This document shows, in pieces, positions 1 to 9,805 of a DNA stretch of 64,000 nt. A program made the translations under genes and the position numbers. Every line of letters starts with the position of its first letter. The first letter of the stretch is position 1. Under the pieces are notes generated by a model that saw only the letters and a program-made list of their open reading frames with translations, did no database searches and was not told where the DNA came from. The stretch lies in NCBI GenBank assembly GCA_030704615.1, contig CM060732.1:61194001-61258000 (forward strand). The letters run 5' to 3'. The stretch comes from Takakia lepidozioides (lineage: Eukaryota > Plantae > Bryophyta).

Positions 1-1200
1 GAAATCGTCATAGCGAATGATTGCGCGGACCCTCCGACTTTTGCTCAAAGACTTGGACTTACGAGAGTCGTGTAAGGTGCCCACATACGCATCCCATTGA
101 GGGTCAATGATCACCTGCTCCAGACCCGCCCTCACAGTCACCAGTCGATCCACCATCAAAAAGTTTGTGACAAAGCGGGTTTCGGGTTCCTAAGGCTGTA
201 TTTGGGTTCATGCTTACTAAACAATGCCAGAGGGATGTGATGTGTACGAATGAATGTCACAACCGACTTTGCCCTTTTTACTAGTTGTTTCATCCATGAT
301 TCTTTTCCCCAATCCTCCGAAAGAAAATCAAAGATATGAGCAGCACACCCTTGGTAATATAGATGGGGATATCGTACCATCAAAATATCGGCCATATTAA
401 TCATGTTAGATGCATTGTCCGTGCACACTTGGACAATTTTATCAGCTCCAATTTTATCGATGAAACTCGTTAACAACCCTGCTTGATAACGTGCATCTTT
501 TCTCTTCCCACTTGTATCAACGGATCCCAAAAATTGTTCCCCCGCAGGACAGACCAGCATGACATTGAACAGTGGTCAATTAGTAACAGAACTCCAACCG
601 TCCGCACATATAGTGCTTCCATATTTCCGGAGAGAATCACCTGTCTTTTCATTCACCTTTTGGGTGAGGTCAGACATAGTCTCTTCTAGCAATCATGTGC
701 GGAGATCGCGATAACTCGGAGGTGTGTATGTGGACTTGGAATCGGACGTGGCTTTGACAGCAGCCACAAACACATGAAGTCTCGAGACATTGAACGGAAT
801 ATGGGCCTCGTAGAAAAATTGGGCCCACTTCTTATTCAGAATCCTCCTGTGCGACAAATTTAAGCCTTCTTGCATTGATTATTGCCTCAATGGTCTGGTC
901 CGTACAAGTGCTGGCGTACAATCGGGTGTTGCTCCTGACCCACCGGCTTCTCCACGAACAGCAGACGCCTCGCAAGAATCCCCCTGGGTACAACTCTGAG
1001 GGACAGTTTGATTTGAACTTGGAGTGTTTGGCTCAGAAGCCGCGGCCACATCAAGAGATGGTGGGATATTGCCTCCACATTGGGCAAAGTGGGCTTTCAC
1101 TCGCATTGAGGCTTTTGTGCATTGAAGCTGGCGGGTTGCAAAGATCGCAACCACAGACTTAAGGTTGAACGAAGAACACTAGTGTACTTGGTAGATTTGT
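1..1200 (-). pseudogene. hAT-family transposase (BED-like N-terminus, DUF659 region), decayed; runs off the window edge
   Basis: Minus-strand frames give WAQFFYEAHIPFN...YTPPSYRDLRT, TICADGWS, FLGSVDTSG..KD, IVQVCTDNASNM and CAAH, all hAT/DUF659 motifs. In-frame TGA stops sit where Arg is expected. Confidence 0.9.
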
Positions 1201-1494
1201 CAAGAGCAATAGAAGTCAGAACAGAATGCGATGGCCCAACACAACGGCATCAATCCAAGTGGATCAATGCACCATGTAGTATTGTGCTTTTCGACAATTT
1301 GCTGCAATGGCTCTGGTGGAAGCCACAACAACAAACGGTCCGCACCCTTCTTTTGGGCTTACACTCTTGCTCAAGGAATAGAGAACATTCACTCGCCATA
1401 AAAATGTTTGCCACAAAAGAAATGAGGGGCATTGGGACCACCTTATATACCCTCCAACCTCCAAGCCTCACACGCTCGATGAATCAGATCCAAT

Positions 1495-2183
1495 GTTGCG
1501 ACCGCTCCAGGTTGCACGAGGAAGTCGCATGTTATCTTAAAAAAAAAACTGCTGCGACCACCCTCATGCTGGTGGTCGCACCTATTAAAAAAAAAGAAAA
1601 ATGCTGCGACCACCCCCATGCTCATGGTCACAGAGAGTATTATTAAAAATAATAATAATAATAATAAATAAATTGCTGCGACCACCCCCCTGCTGGTGGT
1701 CACACCTATTAAACAAATAGAAAATTTCTATGACCACCCCCATGCTCGTGGTCCTACCTATTAAAAAAAAGAAAAATGCTGCGGCCACCCCATGCTCGTG
1801 GTCACAGAGAACATTTCAAAAAATAAAATAAAATAAAAATAAAAATAAAAATCTGCGACCACCTCCCTGCTGGTGGTCGCACCTATTAAAAAAACAAAAA
1901 AATGTTGCGACCACCCCTATGCTCGTGGTCGTAGATATTAAAAAATAGTGTTGCGACCACCCCCCTGATGGTGGTCGCACCTATTACAAATAAAATAAAA
2001 ATTGTGCGACCACTAGTAGCGGTGGTCGCAACTGTTTAAGAAAAGAAAAAAATGCGACCACCCCTGCAGGTGGTAGCATCTATTTTTAAAAAACAAAAAA
2101 TGCTGCGACAACCCCTTTGCTGGTAGTCGCAACTATTAAAAAATAAGTTATATTCTGCGACCACCACCATTTGGAGGTCGCAC
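1495..2183. repeat. hAT subterminal array: about 13 imperfect palindromes TGCGACCAC-N~10-GTGGTCGCA with A-rich spacers
   Basis: Visible directly, about 50-bp period, upstream of the hAT ORF. A possible terminus CAACTATTG ends at 2224. Confidence 0.8.
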
Positions 2184-2438
2184 CAATTTAACAATAATGA
2201 TTTTAAAAATGACCTCAACTATTGGCGGATGGAGTAATTTATAAAACAATTCATTCACTTGCCAAGGTGTCGCTTGGAATACAACGTGTCCACCTACGTG
2301 ACATATTTTTCACCTAACTCATGTTTTACTGATTTTTCGGCAAAACTGACGTGATGTTGGTCGCGTCAGCGTCAGGTCCGATGTGACGTGACGTCACTGA
2401 CGTGTGCAACCCTGACTGCTGCATGCCTGAGATACAAA

Positions 2439-3405
2439 ACGGAAATGCGGCGCCGCATTTCCGTTGTGTAAAGTCCGAAGGTTTGACTCGGACGGAAATG
2501 CGGTGCCGTCCAACATGCAACGCCTGTAACAGAGGGACGGAAATGCGGCACCGCATTTCCGTCCAGGGGAATCCTTTCTACTTTCCAGAATGGAAAAGCG
2601 GCACCGCATTTCCGTCCAACATGTCAAGTATGTACGACTCGGACGGAAATCCGGCGCCGTTCCGTTCTTATTCTAAATCATGAAACTGTGCAACTGAAAT
2701 GCGGCACCGCATTTTCGTTCGAGTCGTACCCTCGGACTTTCAGAACGGAAATGCGGCGCCGCATTTCCGTTTTGTATCTCAGGCATGCAGTAGTGGGACG
2801 GAAATGCGGCACCGAATTTACGTCGGGGATAACCTTCATACTCTCCAGAATGGAAATGCGGTGCCGCATTTCTGTCCAACAAGTAAGGTATGTGACAGTG
2901 GAACGGAAATACAGTACCGCATTTCCGTTCTGATTGAAAAGCATGAAACACTGCAACTGAAATGAATACCTGCATTCCTGTTCTTGAAAATAGAAAGGTT
3001 CACCTCGGACGGAAATGCGGTGCCGCATTTCTGTCCAACAATAATCGAAAGTAGCACACCGGACGGAAATGCGGAACCTCATTTCCGTCATCTGGATTTT
3101 ATTGAAATAGCCCGGACGGAAATGCGGCACCGCATTTCCGTTCCTGCCTGTCCAAAGTGTCCCAGTCGATGAAAATGTGGTATCGCTATTCTTTTCTACC
3201 GTGTCTTTCTAATCCCATTCGATCGAAATGCGATACCGCATTTCCGTTCCACCATGTGCCTGCTTGTACAGTGGACTGAAATGTGGTGCCGCATTTCCGT
3301 TGCACCAGTTGTTTGGTTTCCCGTTGACGGAAATGCGGTGCCGCATTTCCGATCACAATCACCGAGAGGATGATGTCGAACTGGAATGCGGGACCGCATT
3401 CCCGT
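2439..3405. repeat. Array of 19 palindromic 26-bp repeats ACGGAAATGCGG(C/T)(A/G)CCGCATTTCCGT with ~26-27 bp spacers
   Basis: Copies start at 2439, 2492, 2537, 2590, 2643, 2693, 2745, 2798, 2850, 2903, 2956, 3009, 3063, 3116, 3169, 3222, 3275, 3327 and 3380. Isolated copies recur at ~12679 and ~12823. Confidence 0.95.
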
Positions 3406-6299
3406 TCAGCCATGTGCAATGGGTTGCATTGTTCCGAAACAACACAATTGCGGCCTGTCTTAATGAGCATAACTTGGTTGTCTGACCGTTTTAACTAACA
3501 GTCCTGGCACTTGTCAGTGCGAACGTTCATGTCTGCACCGAGAATACTGGTGGATCCACCCTCAGGAGAAACTGTTAGGAGATGTTATTTCGTCGCCGAA
3601 TCGGCCATCATTGTTATACTTACTGGATATGGAATCACACCTCCCACCTTCATGCATGTAGCTTGAAACATTATTTTCCATTTCAATGTGCGACTTCCAA
3701 TCGTCGATGGCCTCCGCAGATCCAATTACGTGGTGCCTGTGAGCCTTGGTCTGTCGCTATATTGAACCTCGCACTTGCCAACTTCGTGCGGAGTTCGATG
3801 GCTCCGAATTCCTACGCTATAGTTTGCTGTCCTCCGCAACTTGGGAGAGCCTGGATCCCAAACGAGGGAGGACTTTGCAGAGTGACTGGAACTTACCTTT
3901 GTTCCAAATTCAAGCTCAAACCGGACACAGTTTATTTGGAAGAAGAAAAGAAGGATGTTCCTGGACAGGTTGACGAGACCATTGTCGTGCTCGGTAACGA
4001 CGGAGGTTGCGGAATTGAATGGCACGTACCCCCATTAGACACCATCTTGTACCGAGCTGTGGGAATGCCCATTCCCTTTCCGAATCAATCGCTGCCCACA
4101 CCATCCACAAAGGAGTCGGGAAACCGACAGGCGGCCACTGCCAACAGAGAGGTATGCAACGATAATCATTCCCGACCTGGACCGTCAAGACCCTCCATAG
4201 CTTCTCGTGTGCTACGCATGTACCGTCGAGCATATCTCCAACCCGCTCCATTGTACAGCTCCGACGGCAACATCACCTCGATGGTTCTCGCTCCGAGCTG
4301 GCTGCTCTCGACTATGCCAAATTTCCAGTCAGGAAGGTAACGTATCTGCCTCCCAAAGTCGATGACAATGTCATCTTCGAGTTTCCACCTGTTACTTCGT
4401 CAAACAAAGCCTCAGGGATGTTAGCAGACATGGATCGAAAGCATGACGGACACCCCTGGTGTGTGACGAAGACCAGTAGCACGAAAATTGCTGATGGTGT
4501 TCATGTACGATACGTCCTCTGTGCGGGGAAGCTGAGGTGCCTCAATCCCGCTTGCTTCCACTTTCTCTCCAAATGAGGGCGGAGAAACGAGACGGATTGG
4601 ACTGGCACAACCCATCATCCATTCAATGTTTCTAGCCAAGCTCCGGCGGGTACTTTCAAGTGCGCACATTGCAAAGAACCACCGACGTGCATGTCCATGT
4701 GCAGAGCCAAGCAATATTATGTAATCCATTTGCTCCCGGACTTGACTAGAGCTTGCATACATGTTGGGGTCCACTGCCACCCCTTGGTGAGAGGCAACAT
4801 CCGTGAGGCTATGCAGGAAGCACACGACATCATAAAAGAGGAGGTGAAATTGAGCCCCGGAGCCAGACCAAAGCACATTTAGCTCAAGGCAGCCCACAAG
4901 ATTGCTCTTGGCAAAATCATGTCTGAAGATGGAAATGACCGAGTGCCTTTGAACGAAGAGGAGATGCTTGACCTGTTGGAGTCCGTCTCGCACGTTTGTA
5001 GTCCGAATGTGCGGAATCACATCGTATCTTGCAAGCAGGAGTTCGGCCGGGGGTCGGACATGTACTCAATCCTGGAGGTGAAACAAATGATTGGATATGA
5101 CTACATCCAAAGTAGCAGGTTTCCAAGGCAAGGCAGCGAATCCGATCGTTGTTACATTTTTAAAATGTCGACGTGTGGGCCTGGGAGTGGAGTCGACTTG
5201 GTCACTCGCATGACAACTGGAAACTTGTCGAATGCTTGGGTGATGTTTGACCACATCAAGCGAATTACAAACCATCAGTGGGTGACCATGGGTGCGCATG
5301 TTTATGACTATCACTCCAAGAGGCTCATGACGATTGCAATCTGCGAGATGAAAGGGGAGGACACACAGTAGGAGATGCATCTGTGGGAGGGCATAAACGA
5401 GCAGATGGGAAGGGCGGGTTTGCCAGAGCCTAATTTCAGGGGATTCATGGCAGACAACGCTCAGGCCAACTGGGCAGCGGTGCGGCGTGTGTACGGTGAC
5501 ACTATAATACAAGCTGGGTTTTTCGACTCTGTATTTGACTCATTTTTAAGTCGTTTGCGACATTTTTACTCCCAGCCTCCATAGTCGAACATGCGTGACA
5601 AAGGTCAAGTCATTTCAGTCAAGCAGTTGAATCCAGATGCGAGGTTCTGATAGTGAAATGTGACAGTAAAACCTAGGGGGTGACGTGTAGTAAAGTGATT
5701 GTACTACAGTATGACGTGGCTATGACGTGTAGTAAAGTGGTTTAACTGCATTATGACATGGATGCATGACGTGTACTAAAATAGTTCTACTGCAGTATGA
5801 CGTGGATGCATGATGTGTACCTAGTATATATATACATAAAAAAATAAATATATATATATGAATTGGGGAGGCTTTTTGTTTAATGTTTGGTTTTTTTGTT
5901 TTTGTTTTTATTTATTTATTTTCATTTACTTTTTATTTTATATCTATATAAATATGAATTAGTGGGTTTTGTATTTAAATTTATTGATTCGCTGCACTAC
6001 ATTGAAAATATATTACAAATACAACAAAACATAGAATACAAATACATGGCAGGAACCAAAAGCATTTGGATGGCTCAAAACTGGTTTACATCAAGAGTGT
6101 TTTTAAAACAAGTTTTGGCCACATAGATCACTGCCCAAGTGAAGTCATTGAGGAAGGAAAATCTGATGTGCAACTAGGTAAAGCACTATTGTGGACATGT
6201 CAAGAGAACAAAAGAAATCATTTCGAGAATGAATTCAGGAACTTGTTCTTGAGAATGGTGGTGCCAGCTACCATGTCACCCAAAGTGACATCCACTTGA

Positions 6300-8005
6300 T
6301 CCAGGGTTGCCTTCACATACATATCCACCAAGGCAATGTTTAGAGTGACATCTAGTGATACAATTCCAGCTTTGACGATGTCACCATGGACCTTTGTGCC
6401 CTTTTTAGGGCTACCAGGCTCACATTTGCCATAGATGTACACCAAGGGAATGTTCAGAATGACATCTGGTACAATTCCAGCTTTGATAATGTCACCATGA
6501 ACCTCTTTGCCCCTTCCCAGGGCTGCTAGGCTCGCATACGCATATTACAAACACAAATGAATATGACCTGGTCTGGCTTCATCCCTTCCCACATCATTTG
6601 CTCTTATGTTTCCAACGCCTTAATCCCATACCCATGCTGCACATACCTTGCAATCATGGCACTCCAAAACACCACATCTCGTTCAGCCATATTGTTGAAC
6701 TCTCCCTTCGCATCAGGCTTGCAGCACCCACATTTGGCATACATGTCCACCATGGCAGTGTTCAGAATGACATCTGGTACAATCCAGCTTTGACGATGTC
6801 ACCATGGACCTCTTTTCCCTTTTCCAGAGTTCCCAGGCTTGCACACGCATTGCAATCACAAACAAACGTGATGTGGTTGGGCTTCACCCTTCGCGCAACA
6901 GTTGCTCATAGGTCTCCAAAGCATTCCTGCCACACCTATCCTTGGTAAATCCTGCCAACATTATATTCCACGTGATCAAAGATTGTTGAGGCACTCTGTG
7001 GAAAACTTGGTGAGCATCCATGACGCTCCCACACTTAACATACACATGTTGGCAAGGGTGTCGAGTAGAAAAACATTTGGCACGAATCCACTTTGGATAA
7101 TGTGAGTGTGCACCTGTTTCCAGCTTCCAGACCTTTCATCTTGATGCACTTACGCAAGAGACAGACATACGTATCTGAATCTGCTGAAATGCCTCGTTGG
7201 TTTAAAGTCTGTAGAGCCTCTGTCAGTCTGCCTGCCTCACAAATCATCTTCACATGCTTAGCATCCTTGCCTTGCTGCTAGCACCTGACAATGACAGCCT
7301 AGATTTGTTCTAGGAAACACCCAACTCAACTTATCACATTAGTTCACTATGGTCAATTGCATCTACTAGTCTCTGTAATCCAACAGGCATTCACCTTTTT
7401 GCCTCGATTGTCCCACCATTGACTGGGGTCAGAAAAGATTCATTCCACAGCTTCTCCTCGTCTCAGCTGTTACCTGATACTTCCTTGTTGTCACATTGGC
7501 AGTACCATGTCAAAGTCGCTCCAAACTATCAAAGGCTCACTCAACCAGCTAACTTGCAGAATTCAACATGAAAATTTAGGGCCGATTCTGATAAGAGGGA
7601 AAAACAGGGTGAAATGTGTTGAAGAAGGTGCCTTCATTAGCAGTGCTTGAGTATATCATTGTGCCGCTGCTGCTGCGGCTTCCAGTTGACCATTTATCCA
7701 TGTAGGTTTCTTGTAGCTATTGATCCATCTGGTACATTTCCAGCTTTGGTGATGCAACCATGCACCTCTTTGCCCTTTTCTAGGGCTGCCAGGCTTGCAC
7801 ATGCACTGCACGCACACACACATGATGTGGTCGAGCTTCACCCCTTCCCCCATCATTTGCTTTCAGGTCCCCAAAGCCCCATCCGGCACCCCTGCTCTGC
7901 ACACCCCTCATTCAGCCATAGCGTTGAACACTGCCTTGGCATCCTCGATGCACCCACATTTGGCCACCAGGGCAGGGGCAGTGTTCAGAATGACATCTGG
8001 TAATC
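6300..8005 (-). pseudogene. PLS-class PPR gene fragments inside the CACTA
   Basis: GKEVHGDIVKAGIV.DVILN.ALVDMYAKCG-type motifs and an N-terminal VKMICEAGRLTEALQTL..DSDTYVCLLRKC segment, broken by frameshifts and deletions. Confidence 0.85.
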
Positions 8006-9100
8006 TGACCGACCATCAACCCAAAAGGACGTCTTATGTGTGCTGTTTGTGTCTGTAGTTAGGTAATGTCAGATTTGTCCATGAGAACCACCACGGAGCA
8101 GCTGAGCGAGCAGAGATTGAAACATGGCTTGCTAAGACCAAGCTGACTCTCCAAAGAACCTTGTAAACATCAGGAAGAATACCAAATCATGGTACTAACA
8201 GGAGCCAAAAGCCCACATTTGCAGGATGGACAAATTTCTTCACATCCTACATTAAGAAAAAGCCACACTTTGCGATTGCGATTGTTCCACCATCGTGAAG
8301 GATCTGTAAAAAACTCATGCCAGCTCTGCTCCGTGCTGCAAATTCAGGGAACAAAAACAGTCAGAGAAGCAGGTCACATTTTATTTGGAGGCACAGATAT
8401 TTGAAGTCGAAGGTCAATAACATATGGAGGAGTTAACTAGATGTGGTTAAGGATTTCCAGAATGATTTCCATTTCAAGACCACACTGTTCGTTCATAGTT
8501 CATACATAACTTTTTAGGGAGAGACACCAAAAGAGAAAACTCCATTCCAGGGTTAGCCAAGGTACAATAAGCTTGAAAGCCAAACACTGACTTCATGTGC
8601 ATGTGACTTTGCTAAGAAACATTTGGTAACACATGAAAAGTTTTCCAACCACCAGTATAACCAAAGAGAATGACCCCATCAGTGTGACTCACCAAAATTG
8701 ACTACTCTGATATGTGAAATCTACACTTTCACAACATATTTTCGCAAGGGGAAATACGCCTCTTTCTTCTTCTGTTTCTCTGTTTTCAAAGAAGCCTGCA
8801 AAATAAGATATATTACATGCTTAGCAGGGCCTTTGGAAAACAACTGCCATCACATGGAAAACTACTGCTGCAAAACAATGAAGCATTAACTGAAAAGTGC
8901 TGGGCAAATCAAGGAAGAGAGATCCAGCCATGGATGAGTTACCAGGACTAAGAGCCCATTTCTCCCAAATGGGTACTACTTGCTCATGGCTGCTAATATA
9001 GTTACAATTCCAAGGACACAATACCTACATCTGCAGACTCAAGATGGGGCATGCATCATTACAGGGGGCACGTGAAGTAAAAAACCCTAACTGGCCATAC

Positions 9101-9190
9101 ATTTTGGACAGCTTATTTGGTGCGCCACCCGTCACTTTTGCCACTCTCAGAAGAGCAAGCTCTGCCTTTAGCTCCTTCAACTGTGCCCAC
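9101..9190 (-). pseudogene. RPL35: Captured exon fragment of 60S ribosomal protein L35 (uL29)
   Basis: [27 protein letters not shown], immediately followed by a GTATG intron donor. Confidence 0.9.
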
Positions 9191-9439
9191 AACGATAGTC
9201 CCCCGTGCATAACATCAGGTGTCCGTTTCATTCCAAAAGACATCGTCACTACCAAAAGTTTTAGCCTGACCTGATTGATGAGAGGGCAAAACTGGCTGAA
9301 AATAGGTCAAAGAAGAAGGTGCCCTCACCACATTGTCCTCGTCCTTGTGTCATGACCCATGGAGGATTTGACTGACCATGAACCCAAACGGACCTCTTGT
9401 GTGTGCTGCTTGTGTCTGTAGTCCGGTAATGTCGGATTG

Positions 9440-9805
9440 GTCCATGAGAACCACCACGGTGCAGCTGAGCGAGCAGAGATTGAAACACGACCTGCTAAGA
9501 CCAACCTGGCGAGGAGCGGATTGGTCCATGAGAACCACCACGGTGCAGCTGAGCAAACAGAGATTGAAACACGACCTGCTAAGAAATCCGCTCCTCGACA
9601 ACCACCACGGTGCAGCTGAGCGAGCAGAGATTGAAGCACGACCTGCTAAGACCAACCTGGCGAGGAGCGGATTGGTCCATGAGAACCACCACGGTGCAGC
9701 TGAGCAAGCAGAGATTGAAACATGACCTGCTAAGAAATCCACTCCTCGAGAACCACCACAATGCAGCTGAGCGAGCAGAGATTGAAACACGACCTGCTAT
9801 GACCA
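9440..9805. repeat. Tandem array of five ~68-84 bp units (core CAGCTGAGCGAGCAGAGATTGAAACACGACCTGCTAAGA) in the CACTA
   Basis: Visible directly. Single related copies at ~8080-8140, ~22720 and ~22960-23007. Confidence 0.9.

Noticed and set aside
2439-3405. A bona fide prokaryotic CRISPR array
   Set aside because: There are no cas genes, the context is intron-containing eukaryotic DNA, spacers are related to each other by duplication and inversion, and the same repeat recurs at the far end of the MULE.
2326-3485. Many short ORFs with TEMRHRIS / NGNAAPHF / KCGAAF repeats
   Set aside because: They are translations of the palindromic array in all six frames.
4421-5512. Long minus-strand ORFs over the MULE (and similar ones over piggyBac, NSE4 and the BTB gene)
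   Set aside because: They are antisense shadows of real coding frames.
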